Shown here: positions 47,255 through 57,546 of the stretch, in pieces
How the letters are laid out: every line of letters starts with the position of its first letter
How positions within the stretch are numbered: the stretch's first letter is position 1
Assembly: GCA_965214795.1 (NCBI GenBank)
Contig: OZ243976.1
Location: 4,673,783-4,737,782 of the forward strand
DNA from: Gammaproteobacteria bacterium
Lineage (GTDB): Bacteria > Pseudomonadota > Gammaproteobacteria > HK1
Direction of reading: 5' to 3'
Length of the DNA stretch: 64,000 bases
Made by a program: the position numbers and the translations under genes
The notes under the pieces: model-generated
What the model saw: the letters and a program-made list of their open reading frames with translations, nothing else
The model's database searches: none
Told to the model about the DNA's origin: nothing

Positions 47255-49226
47255 TAGTGGCCGCCGCGCTCGCCTGGCGGCCGGGCGCGGTCGCCATTGA
47301 AGCGGCGGAGAAAGCGGTGGACGACCTCCAGAAAGCCGGCGCGCTCCATGCGGCGCCCGCGCATGAGGCCGGCGACGGGATGACGACGGACAAGGCGCTC
47401 GCGGACGAGCGCGAAACCATCGGGTTGATGCGCGACGGTCAGAGGCGCGGGCGGCCGGTGATGCGAAGCTGGATGGTGAGCGCGCGCCTGCACAGGGGAC
47501 CGCTTACCCACGGGCAGCGGGAAGCGGTCAAGCTCATCCTCGGCGCGAAGGACCGGGTGGTGGGCGTCCAGGGTTACGCCGGCACCGGCAAGACCCGCAT
47601 GCTGAGGCGCGTCCGGGCGCTCGCGGGAAAGAGCGGCTACCGCATGATGGGGCTTGCGCCGTCGGCTTCGGCGGCCAGGACCCTCGGCGCCGAGGCCGGC
47701 ATCGACGGCGAGACGCTGCAGCTCTTCCTTGCACGCAACGCCGGCGTCGCCGAGGGCCGGCTCTCGAAGAAGGGCGAGCGCGATATGCGCTCCGCGTTCA
47801 AGAAGACTGTGCTGGTGGTCGACGAAGGGTCGCTCGCTTCCACCGCCCAGGCCCGCAACCTGCTGCGGATCGCGACCGTGCTGCGCATCCCCCGCGTGGT
47901 GCTGGTCGGCGACTCGAAGCAGCTCGACGCGGTGGATGCCGGCAAGCCGTTCGCGCAATTGCAGCAGGCGGGCATGAAGATCGCCGTCATGGACGAGATC
48001 ATGCGTCAGCGCGATCTGGAGCTTAAGGCCGCAGTCGAGGCGAGCCTCGCGGGCGAGATCGGCAAGGCGTTCGAAAAGCTCGGGGCGAACGTCGCCGAGG
48101 TGAAGGCCGACAACATCGCGGGCGCCGTCGCCGCGCGGTGGCTCGCGCTCTCCCCGGCGGAGCGCGACCGCACCGGGGTGAAGGCGCCGAGCCACGAGCT
48201 GCGCGACGGGATCAACGGCCACGCCCGCGAGCGTCTCGCCCGCGAGGGCCGCATCCATGGACCGGTCCTGCAAGGCGAGCGGCTGGTCTCCCGTGGCTAC
48301 ACCAACGCGGAGAAGGCGCTCGCCGGAAACTATGCGGTGGGCGACGTCGTGGCTTTCCACCGTCCCTGCAAGCGGATCGGGGTCGAGAAGGGCGACGAGC
48401 GCCGCGTGGCCGGGGTCGACCACAGGTACCGCGAGGTCCTGCTCGACGGCGGCGAAGACGGCACCGTGCGCTGGAAGCCCGGCGAGCTCGCCGGACGCAG
48501 GGGCGGCAGCGAGGTCTACCGGGCCGAGGCGATCGAGCTCCGCGCCGGCGACCGCGTCCGCTGGACCCGCAACGACACGGCGCTCGGCTTGGTCAACAGC
48601 CACACCGCGGAGGTGGTGGCGGTGACGGGCGGCAAGGTGTCCTTCCGGCTCGAGGACGGGCGCGCGCTGAGCCCGAACGAAGGCGATCCGCAGCTGCGCC
48701 ATCTCGACCATGCCTGGGCCTCGACCGTGCATGCGTTCCAGGGCCGCACCGTCGACAACGTTATCGCCGCCATGGAGGCGAACCATCCGCACCTGACCAC
48801 CTCACCGCGCATTTCAAGCAGCACGCGGATGGCTCCTACAGCGTCATCGGCTAAACGCGGCACAGGTGGGAACCGTTGCCTCCGCGACGCTAACACGACC
48901 GGCAGGCAAACACCCGCAGAGCCGTGTCGACTATAACACGGACCCACGCCAAGCGCTTACACCGGACATGTAAGGGTTCGATCGAGCCGCGAAAGCCCGG
49001 CTCGGTCGGCTTTCGCCGCGAAGCGCCTGCACGCGTCGGCCGGTCTCGTCGACACGGCGGAGAACGTTCTTGTTCCGGCGCGCGGGGACTTCTGTCTCCA
49101 CGGCACAACCGAATCCCTACCCGGACGCCCCGGATCCCGGACACGCGTTTGCGTTCGCCCGGGTTTGATTCCCATCGTTTGCCAATAGTTTGCCAGAGCG
49201 GCGGGATCGGTATCCCACGAAACGAG

Positions 49227-49262
49227 AAAGCTCCCGGAATCATCAACGATTCCAGGAGCTTT
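49227..49262 (-). terminator. Hairpin, possible intrinsic terminator
   Basis: 15-bp arms AAAGCTCCCGGAATC / GATTCCAGGAGCTTT (one mismatch) around a 6-nt loop. On the minus strand it is followed by CTCGTTTCG, a weak U tract. It lies just downstream of ridA and the tRNA-like fragment. Confidence 0.4.
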
Positions 49263-49266
49263 TCTC

Positions 49267-49300
49267 GGTTGCGGGGGCAGGATTCGAACCGGCGACCTTC
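49267..49300 (-). other. tRNA 3-prime fragment (T-arm plus acceptor 3-prime strand), probable att scar
   Basis: The minus strand reads GGTCGCCGG-TTCGAAT-CCTGC-CCCCGCA-A-CCg. This gives a T-loop, a T-stem with one mismatch, a 7-nt acceptor strand, a discriminator and a near-CCA. No complementary 5-prime acceptor strand exists upstream (that sequence is the ridA coding end). Confidence 0.5.
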
Positions 49301-49766
49301 AGGCCTTGAGCTTGACGGTGACTTCGACCTCGACCGTGATGCCGGCCGGAAGCGAGTCCATGCCGACCGCGGATCGGGCCCCATGCCCCGCTTCCTCGCC
49401 GAACACCTCCACCATCAGGTCCGCGAACCCGTCGATGACCTGAGGATGCGCCCCGAAATCGGGGTCGGCGTTGACCATGCCGAGGGTGCGGACCACGCAC
49501 TCCACCCGGTCCAGGGACCCGAGGGTCTTGCGGAGCTGGGCCAGCGCCTGGAGGCCGCAGAAGCGCGCCGCCTCCACCGCCTCCTCCACCGTCCGCTCGC
49601 TCGGGACCTTGCCGGTAACCAGGCCCTCGCCGTCGGGCCGGATGGGCCCCTGACCGGATACGTGCGCGAACCCGCCCGCGACCCGGACCGGGAGGTAGGT
49701 TCCGAGCGGGGAACCCGGCTCCGGGAGGGTAATTCCAAGTTCATCGAGTCGGGCTTCCGCACTCAT
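49299..49766 (-). CDS. RidA/YjgF/UK114 family protein
   Basis: 155 aa. FAHVSGQGPIRPDGEGLVTGKV...GHGARSAVGMDSLPAGITVEVEV. Confidence 0.85.
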   Translation of the reverse strand: MSAEARLDELGITLPEPGSPLGTYLPVRVAGGFAHVSGQGPIRPDGEGLVTGKVPSERTVEEAVEAARFCGLQALAQLRKTLGSLDRVECVVRTLGMVNADPDFGAHPQVIDGFADLMVEVFGEEAGHGARSAVGMDSLPAGITVEVEVTVKLKA

Positions 49767-49914
49767 GTTCTCTCTCCTCTGGTGAGGTTCGGCCGTGCTC
49801 TGTCAGGGCATCTCGCCGAAGGAAGGCGGTCGTGCCGCGTGAGGAGCGCCCCTTCGAACCGGAGGCACGCCGCGCGGCTTCTCCGCCCCTCCGGGCCCCC
49901 CTCCACCCGCAAGG

Positions 49915-50703
49915 TCAGCGGCCCTTGAATACAGGGGGGCGCTTCTCGACGAAGGCGCGGGCCGCCTCCCTGTGGTCCTCGGTGAGGCCGGAGCGGGTGT
50001 GGCCCCACGCTTCGAGGTCCAGGCAATCGGCGAGCGGGCGGCTCTCCGCCGCGTTGAGGTTGCGTTTCATGTAGCGAAGAGCGATAGAGGGGCCGGCCGC
50101 GATGCGCTCCGCGGTCTTCTGCACCTCCGCGTCGAACGCCTCGTCGGGGAACACCCGGTTGGCGATCCCGAGGGCGAGGGCTTCCTCCGCCCCCACCCGG
50201 TCCGACAGGTAGTAGAGCTCGCGTGCCTTCGCGGAGCCGACGAGGCGGGTCAGGAACCACGATCCTCCGAAGTCCCCGGAATAGCCGACCCGGGCGAACG
50301 CGGTGACGAAGCGGGCGGAGGCCGCCGCCAGGCGGAGATCGCAGGAGAGCGCGATGGAGAGCCCGGCTCCCGCCGCCGCGCCCCGCACCGCCGCGATGGT
50401 GGGCTTCGGAGACTCGTGGAGGAGGCGCGCAATCTCCATCCGGTCGCGGAGCGACTGCGCCCGCTCCTCGAAGGTCCCCGCGAACTCCTCGTCGCGGGCC
50501 ATCGCCTTGACGTCGCCCCCGGCCGAGAATGCCCGCCCCGCCCCGTCGACGACGATGCAGCCGACCGAGGCGTCGCGGGCGAGCCGCGGGATCGCTTCGA
50601 GCAGCCCGTCCATCATCTCCCCCGAGAGCGCGTTCAGGCTGTCCGGCCGGTTCATGGTGAGGGTCGCGACGCCGTTCTCGCATCGCTCCAGCAGTTCGCT
50701 CAT
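49915..50703 (-). CDS. Enoyl-CoA hydratase/isomerase (crotonase family)
   Basis: The internal start MSELLERCENGVATLTMNRPDSLNAL is ATG 50703-50701. GAGRAFSAGGDVK, AAVRGAAAGAGLSIAL. Confidence 0.85.
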   Translation of the reverse strand: MSELLERCENGVATLTMNRPDSLNALSGEMMDGLLEAIPRLARDASVGCIVVDGAGRAFSAGGDVKAMARDEEFAGTFEERAQSLRDRMEIARLLHESPKPTIAAVRGAAAGAGLSIALSCDLRLAAASARFVTAFARVGYSGDFGGSWFLTRLVGSAKARELYYLSDRVGAEEALALGIANRVFPDEAFDAEVQKTAERIAAGPSIALRYMKRNLNAAESRPLADCLDLEAWGHTRSGLTEDHREAARAFVEKRPPVFKGR

Positions 50704-51018
50704 CTCTTCTCCTGTTTCACTCGTTCCCACCGGCGCCCAGCCGCCGGCGGCTCGCTCGGTTGGCCGCTGCTCGCGCCAGCACCAGCGCCCGCGCCGCACG
50801 GGGCCGCCCGGCCCGGGGTGCTCGCCCGGGGCCGCCAGGGCGAACTTCCCCGCCGGCGCCTCGAACGGCGTGCACGCCCGTGCACCCGGGGCCGCCCCCG
50901 CAATGACGGGCGCCACTCTCCGGCCGGCGGCAGTCCGCGTCGAAGCGGCTCGAGGGAGTACGGCCCGCTACCGCGAGCGGATTGGCGGCCGCAGCAGGAA
51001 GTCGGGGATTTTTTCGGG

Positions 51019-52128
<1,110 letters not shown>

Positions 52129-52130
52129 GG

Positions 52131-52670
52131 CTATCCTCCTTCCGCTAGGTAGCGGTCGAACTCTTCGTTGAACGCGAACAGCTTGGGATCGGCGAGGCGG
52201 TCGACGTAGACCACCCCGTCGAGGTGATCGAGCTCGTGCTGGAACACGGTGGCGAGGAACCCCTTCGCGACGACCCGGGCCGGCTTCGCCGCCTCGTCGA
52301 GGTAGTCCACCCGGATCCGGCAGGGACGCTCGACGTATCCCCGCATCCCGGGCACCGAGAGGCACCCCTCCCAGTAGCCGGCGGGGGTCGGATCGAGGAC
52401 CGTGGTCCGCGGGTTGAAAACGGTGAACGAGGCCTTCCCCCGGTCGAGGTCGCGCTCCGCATCGCCCGGATCGAACTCGATGATCGCGAGGCGCACCGGT
52501 TCGTGCACCTGGGGGGCGGCGAGCCCGACCCCGGCGTATTCGGCCATCGTCTCGCGCAGGTCCTCGACGAGCCGTCTCGTCGCGGGCGACCGGATTTCGG
52601 AGCGGGTCAGCTCGCGGCAGGGGGTGCGCAGCACCGGGTGTCCGAGGCGGGCGACCTTCCGGATCGCCAT
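52131..52670 (-). CDS. def: Peptide deformylase
   Basis: [25 protein letters not shown] motifs. Confidence 0.9.
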   Translation of the reverse strand: MAIRKVARLGHPVLRTPCRELTRSEIRSPATRRLVEDLRETMAEYAGVGLAAPQVHEPVRLAIIEFDPGDAERDLDRGKASFTVFNPRTTVLDPTPAGYWEGCLSVPGMRGYVERPCRIRVDYLDEAAKPARVVAKGFLATVFQHELDHLDGVVYVDRLADPKLFAFNEEFDRYLAEGG

Positions 52671-53443
52671 CAGAACCGGGTGCGGTGCGAGGCGCCGCCA
52701 TCAATGGTGATGATGGTGCCGGTCGTGTTGGCGGAGAGATCGGAGGCGAGGAAGGCGACCATGTCGCCGATGTGCTCGGGCTGCCCCGGCGGATAGTCCT
52801 GGTTCATCACCTCTCGCCAGCGCTCGGAGTCGCCGAGGTCGCGCTCCGCGATGGTCCGCATGAGGGTGACCAGCCGCTCGGTCTCGATCTGGCCCGGGTT
52901 GATCCCCACCACCCGGATCCCGTCGATGGTGCTCCCCGCCCCGAGGGCCCGGGTGAACGCCATCAGGCTCGCGTTGCCGGCCGAGCCCGCGATGTAGCCC
53001 GTGATCGGCCGCTCGCCGGCGGCGCCGATGACGTTGATGATGACCCCCTTGCCGCGCGCCTTCATGTTCTCGTAGGCGGCCCGGCAGGTGTTGGTATAGC
53101 CGAAGACCTTGAGGTTCCACGCATGCCGCCACGTGCCCTCGTCCACCGCCTGGAGGTCGCCGCCCGGGATCGCCCCCGCGTTGTTGACGAGGATGTCGAT
53201 GCCGCGGCAGGTCCCGATGAGGGTGCGGGCCGCGTCGCCGTCGGAGAGGTCCACGGGATGGATCTCGGCCCGGACGTTCCAGCGGCTCCGGATCCGGTCG
53301 CGGGCGGCGGCGAGGTCGGCTTCGGTACGCGCGGCGAGGTGCACGTGGCACCCTTCGCGGGCGAGGCTCTCCGCCGCCGCGTACCCGATGCCCTTTGATG
53401 CGCCGGTGATGAGCGCGGTGCGCCCCGCTATCCCGAGTTCCAT
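52670..53443 (-). CDS. SDR-family protein (atypical active-site region)
   Basis: 257 aa. [10 protein letters not shown] cofactor motif, NNAG, INPG. The position where YxxxK is expected reads AGSAGNASL. Confidence 0.8.
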   Translation of the reverse strand: MELGIAGRTALITGASKGIGYAAAESLAREGCHVHLAARTEADLAAARDRIRSRWNVRAEIHPVDLSDGDAARTLIGTCRGIDILVNNAGAIPGGDLQAVDEGTWRHAWNLKVFGYTNTCRAAYENMKARGKGVIINVIGAAGERPITGYIAGSAGNASLMAFTRALGAGSTIDGIRVVGINPGQIETERLVTLMRTIAERDLGDSERWREVMNQDYPPGQPEHIGDMVAFLASDLSANTTGTIITIDGGASHRTRF

Positions 53444-53859
53444 CCGGTTTCCTCCTACTCTCCTGCTGTCTCTGCTGTCCCGCTTCGCGTCCGCCGCTAT
53501 GCCGGGCCGCTTCGTCTCGATGGGACCTGTATCCGCAGCCTGACCGCCATCTCACCGACCCCGTGGGATTGGATTGCGCTGCGCTCGTCCGACCCCTCCG
53601 GGGCCGGCAGCTCTCCGGCAGGTCGGGTCGGCCGCGGGCGTGACGCGACATCGCGCGGAGCGACCGCCGGCTTCACACCGCGTGCCGGTTCGTCAAGCCA
53701 TGGATGCAAGGCCCTCCCCATGCCTCCATCCGACCGCCACGCATCGACCGCCCGGGAACCCGGCCATGCGGCAACCCCGAACGACCCGGTGGCAGTCCCG
53801 ACCGCCCTCGCCGCCATGGCCGCCCTCGCCACCGTGGGCACCGTGGCCACCCGGGGGGG

Positions 53860-55941
53860 TCAACGCCCGCCGATCCGCCCCCCCTCGCTCGCCACGCGCT
53901 CGAGGAGCGCGGCCGGGCGCCACTCCTCCCCGTGAGCCGTCTCGAGCTCCTTCATCCTCGCGACGATCCGATCGACCCCGATCTCGTCGGCGTGGAACAT
54001 CGGCCCCCCCCGGTAGACGGGCCAGCCATAGCCGTAGACCCACACCACGTCGATGTCGCTCGCCCGCAGGGCGATCCCTTCCTCCAGGATCTTCGCCCCC
54101 TCGTTGATCATCGGATAGACGAGGCGCTCGAAGATCTCCTCGCGCCCGATGTCCTCCCGGCGCCGGATCCGGCGCTCCTCGGCGAACTCCCGGATGATCC
54201 CCTCGACGACCGGAGAGGGCTTCGGAACCCGGCTGCCCGGCTCGTAGTCGTAGTAGCCGGCCCCGGTCTTCTGCCCGCGCCGCCCCGCCTCGCAGAGGCG
54301 CTCGCGAATGGTCGAGCCGGTGGACGTCGCCGCGTTCCAGCCGAGGTCGAGCCCCGCGAGGTCGGCCATCGCGAACGGCCCCATGGGCAGGCCGAAGTCG
54401 TAGAGCACCGCATCGACCTCCGCGGGCGGCGCCCCTTCGAGGATGAGCCGGGTCGCCTCGCGCTGGCGCGCGAAGAGCATCCGATTGCCGACGAAGCCGT
54501 GGCACACCCCGACCAGCACCGGCACCTTCCCGAGCCGGCGCGAAAGGGCCATCGCGGTCGCGATGGTCTCGTTGGCGCTCTTCTCCCCCCGGACCACCTC
54601 GACCAGGCGCATGACATTGGCGGGGCTGAAGAAATGGGTGCCGATGACGCTCTCCGGCCGAGCCGTGACGGCGGCGATGGCGTTCACGTCGAGGGCGCTC
54701 GTGTTGGTTGCGAGCACGGCGTGGCCGGGCGCAAGGCGGTCGAGACGGCGGAAGGTCTCCTGCTTGACCTCGAGCTCCTCGAACACCGCCTCGACCACGA
54801 CGTCCGCCTCGCGCGCCGCGTCGAGATCGAGGGTCCCGTCGAGGAGGCCGAGGCGCTCTTCGACCTGCTCCGCGGTGAAGCCCCCGCGCGCCGCGGTGTT
54901 CTCGTAGTTCCGGCGGATGGTGGCCAGCCCGCGATCGAGGGCCTCCCGGTTCATCTCCACCATCGACACCGGGATCCCGGCATTGGCGAAGCACATGGAG
55001 ATGCCCCCGCCCATCGTCCCGCCGCCGACGACGACCGCCCGCTTGACGTCGAGGGTCTCGGTACCGCGGGGAACGTCCGGGATCTTCGCCGCCTCGCGCT
55101 CGGAGAAGAAGAAGTACTGCTGGGCGCGGGCCTGCACCCCGCCCATGAGCTCCGCAAAGATCGCCTGCTCGCGGGCCATGCCCTCGTCGAAGGGCTGCTC
55201 GACCGCCGCCTCCACCGTCTTGATGCAGGCTTCCGGCGCCTCGAAGCCACGCATCCGTCGCGCGTGCTTCTTCCGGAAGTCGTCGAAGAGCGTGGAGCGG
55301 CCGCGCGCCGGGGCCACCTTCTCGTCGCGGTCACGGATCCGGACGAGGGGGCGGCCCTCCGCCGCCGCACGGCGCGCGAACGCGATGGCGCCCTCGGTGA
55401 GGTCGCCCTCCACGATCTCGTCCGCGAGACCGTGCGCGAGCGCCTCGCGGGCCCCGATGGGATTGCCGCCCACGATCATCTCGAGAGCCTTCTCCGGCCC
55501 CACCACCCGCGGCAGGCGCTGGGTGCCCCCCGCGCCCGGACACAGGCCGAGCTTGACCTCGGGGAGCCCGAACCGCGCGGATGCGACCGCGACCCGGAAG
55601 TGGCAGGCGAGCGCGGTCTCGAATCCGCCCCCGAGGGCGGTGCCGTGGACCGCGGCGACCACCGGCTTCGGCGCGTCGTCGAGGACGTCGATCATCTCGA
55701 GGAAGCCGGGCGGCTCGATGGGCTTGCCGAATTCGGTGATGTCCGCCCCCGCGATGAACGTCCGGCCCGCGCAGGCGAGCACGATGCCGGCCACTCCCGG
55801 ATCGGCGACCGCCTCGCGCACGGTGTCGCAGATCCCCTGGCGGACGTGCCGGCTCAGGGCGTTGACGGGGGGGTTGTTAATGATGATGACGGCGATGCCG
55901 TCACGAACTTCGAGCTGGACGGAATCCGATGTCGCGGCCAT
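53860..55941 (-). CDS. Fused enoyl-CoA hydratase / 3-hydroxyacyl-CoA dehydrogenase (FadB/FadJ-like)
   Basis: The internal start MAATSDSVQLEVRDGIAVIIINNPPVNAL is ATG 55941-55939. Crotonase GRTFIAGADI. NAD fold VVVGGGTMGGGI. HFFSPANVMRLVEVV. Confidence 0.9.
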   Translation of the reverse strand: MAATSDSVQLEVRDGIAVIIINNPPVNALSRHVRQGICDTVREAVADPGVAGIVLACAGRTFIAGADITEFGKPIEPPGFLEMIDVLDDAPKPVVAAVHGTALGGGFETALACHFRVAVASARFGLPEVKLGLCPGAGGTQRLPRVVGPEKALEMIVGGNPIGAREALAHGLADEIVEGDLTEGAIAFARRAAAEGRPLVRIRDRDEKVAPARGRSTLFDDFRKKHARRMRGFEAPEACIKTVEAAVEQPFDEGMAREQAIFAELMGGVQARAQQYFFFSEREAAKIPDVPRGTETLDVKRAVVVGGGTMGGGISMCFANAGIPVSMVEMNREALDRGLATIRRNYENTAARGGFTAEQVEERLGLLDGTLDLDAAREADVVVEAVFEELEVKQETFRRLDRLAPGHAVLATNTSALDVNAIAAVTARPESVIGTHFFSPANVMRLVEVVRGEKSANETIATAMALSRRLGKVPVLVGVCHGFVGNRMLFARQREATRLILEGAPPAEVDAVLYDFGLPMGPFAMADLAGLDLGWNAATSTGSTIRERLCEAGRRGQKTGAGYYDYEPGSRVPKPSPVVEGIIREFAEERRIRRREDIGREEIFERLVYPMINEGAKILEEGIALRASDIDVVWVYGYGWPVYRGGPMFHADEIGVDRIVARMKELETAHGEEWRPAALLERVASEGGRIGGR

Positions 55942-56517
55942 GAGGGCTCCCGTGCTGGTCCACTCGGCGGGAGCATTCCCACCAATGGCTGATCGTATCA
56001 CCCGACGGGAGGGTGAGGTCACGCCTCCCGCCGAAGCGCGCAGGGCTCGTTTTTTGTTCGGCGACAGGTGAACCGGGCCGGTTCGGCAGGCCGTCGGGGA
56101 GCGCATTTCGTCGTCCGCGGGTCGGTTCGGGCCTCGGGAAGCGGCCCTCGGGCGCACGGCCGGCCGATCCGCATCCGCGGCCGGCACTCGGTCACGACAA
56201 AGAAATGGTCCCGCCGAAGCGCGATGTCGGGTTGCGCCTTCGGCCAACCCGACCTGCCAGGGCAACCACAAGGGTTGCCCCTACGGTCCCTCACAGGTCG
56301 GATCAGCCAAGCGTAATCCGACAACACGGGATGGTGCGGGGGCTGTCAAGTCAGGGATATGAGCCCCCTTGAAATGGCCTCGGGACGACAACCCCGAGGG
56401 CGACCCCCTACGACATGACGAGCTGTATACCGAGGGCCGACGTCCCGCCGAGGCGATGCCGCGATGACTCGCGACGGCTATCATTCCGGGCACGCTGGCC
56501 ACGACGGACGCAACCTC

Positions 56518-56760
56518 ATGCCTGCCGCCACCTTCGACACACTCGCCGCCGCCCGGGACCTCGAGACCACCGGAATCGAACGCATGCAGGCCGAAGCGAT
56601 AGTCGTCGCCATCGGACGCGCCGGTGAGGAAGTCGCGACGAAGCGTGATCTCGATCCCCTGGCCACGAAGGCGTTCGTTCTCCAGGTGGGGATCGGGATT
56701 GTGCTCGCGAACGCCGCCCTGCTGGTCGGGATCACGGCAAGCCTCGTCAAGCTGTTCTGA
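56518..56760 (+). CDS. Small membrane-anchored coiled-coil protein (DUF1640-like)
   Basis: MPAATFDTLAAARDLETTGIERMQAEAIVVAI...ATKRDL, followed by a hydrophobic C-terminus VLQVGIGIVLANAALLVGITASLV. Confidence 0.6.
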   Translation: MPAATFDTLAAARDLETTGIERMQAEAIVVAIGRAGEEVATKRDLDPLATKAFVLQVGIGIVLANAALLVGITASLVKLF

Positions 56761-56766
56761 GACGCG

Positions 56767-57258
56767 CTAGAAGACCGGCTCGCCCCGCTCGTGGGCGAGG
56801 AGCCGCTCCTTGCGGTCGAGCCCGCCGCCGTAGCCGACGAGGCGCCCTCGCGACGAAGCTGTATGCGACGAGCGGGTTGGACGGTCGAGGTGGTTGTCCA
56901 GAATCCCCAATGTACCCGTGATTTCCAGTCCCACCGCGATGGCATACCGGCGCGCGTGTCGGTCATCCAGCACAAGTAGATGATTTGGCGTCTCCAGCCC
57001 CAGGGCGAGAACCTCCTTTTCTCCATTGCCCAGACTGGTGACGAGAGGCAACCGCTTGTGCTCACTCACCGGCCGCTCTGTCACCCACGGGATGTCCGCC
57101 ATTTCCGGCAGCCGGACGCCTCGCCTCCTGCCTTCGGCCAATTCAGCCACGACCGCCGAAGGCACTTGCGCCGATCCGAACAGGGCCGGCAGCAGGTGCA
57201 GCAGGTCCGACTGATGCAGGTACTGCAACGGCGACGTATCACAGATGACGGCGCGCAC
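56767..57258 (-). CDS. DUF3368-type PIN-like putative toxin
   Basis: VICDTSPLQYLHQSDLLHLLPALFG...GNGEKEVLALG...LVLDDRHARRYA...GTLGIL. The C-terminal ~45 aa look atypical, so a frameshift is possible. Confidence 0.7.
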   Translation of the reverse strand: MRAVICDTSPLQYLHQSDLLHLLPALFGSAQVPSAVVAELAEGRRRGVRLPEMADIPWVTERPVSEHKRLPLVTSLGNGEKEVLALGLETPNHLLVLDDRHARRYAIAVGLEITGTLGILDNHLDRPTRSSHTASSRGRLVGYGGGLDRKERLLAHERGEPVF

Positions 57259-57505
57259 TGGCCAGATCGCGTTGCATTTCTTCCTCCGAGAGATCGAATG
57301 TGTCGACCCCGTAGTCCGACAACTTGTTCAAAAACAGCGGCTTTGGCACCTTCGCCAACTCGGCCGCCGCGCCGGTGGACAATCGCCCCATCTCGTGGAG
57401 CTTGACGGCAATGAGAATCTTCGCCTCTTCGCTGAACTCCTCCGGGGTCATGCCCAACGCCAGCAGGACATCATCGCCGTAGTCGATGGTCAACGATCGG
57501 ATCAT
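57239..57505 (-). CDS. UPF0175-family antitoxin
   Basis: MTPEEFSEEAKILIAVKLHEMGRLSTGAAAELAKVPKPLFLNKLSDYGV. Overlaps the DUF3368 gene start by 20 nt. Confidence 0.8.
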   Translation of the reverse strand: MIRSLTIDYGDDVLLALGMTPEEFSEEAKILIAVKLHEMGRLSTGAAAELAKVPKPLFLNKLSDYGVDTFDLSEEEMQRDLASARRHL

Positions 57506-57546
57506 GATGCGTTCCTCATTTTCGCGTCATCGTTCACCGCGGAAAG

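Larger units (their letters stand above)
45990..48801 (+). pseudogene. Relaxase remnant B (helicase region), lacking the relaxase domain, interrupted by IS630 and truncated at the 3-prime end
   Basis: The frame reads across the IS: ...HAGILCAERV | [29 protein letters not shown]-loop VQGYAGTGKT, VLVVDEGS, VLVGDSKQL, VHAFQGRTVDNVIAAM. Sense is lost after HPHLTT (about 48801). The 5-prime limit is approximate. Confidence 0.7.

Noticed and set aside
48795-48854. A frame ending ...LTAHFKQHADGSYSVIG*, which looks like a genuine protein C-terminus after the relaxase B breakpoint
   Set aside because: It is too short to assign, and the upstream part of that frame (ORF 48138..48854) is shadow sequence of the relaxase.
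49263-49350. A complete tRNA gene on the minus strand
   Set aside because: Only the T-arm and the acceptor 3-prime strand are present. The expected 5-prime acceptor strand (GCGGGGG) is absent and the upstream sequence encodes the RidA C-terminus.
53444-53859. 416-bp gap between the SDR and fadB-like genes, with small ORFs 53497..53850 and 53574..54107
   Set aside because: The ORF products are low-complexity and overlap each other, and there is no recognisable RNA or protein motif. The gap is left unannotated.
56271-56460. Hairpins GGCAACC-N5-GGTTGCC and CCTCGGG-N7-CCCGAGG in the fadB-like upstream region, considered as possible sRNA or regulatory structures
   Set aside because: These are short stems of a kind expected by chance in GC-rich intergenic DNA. 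There is no flanking promoter or terminator signature.
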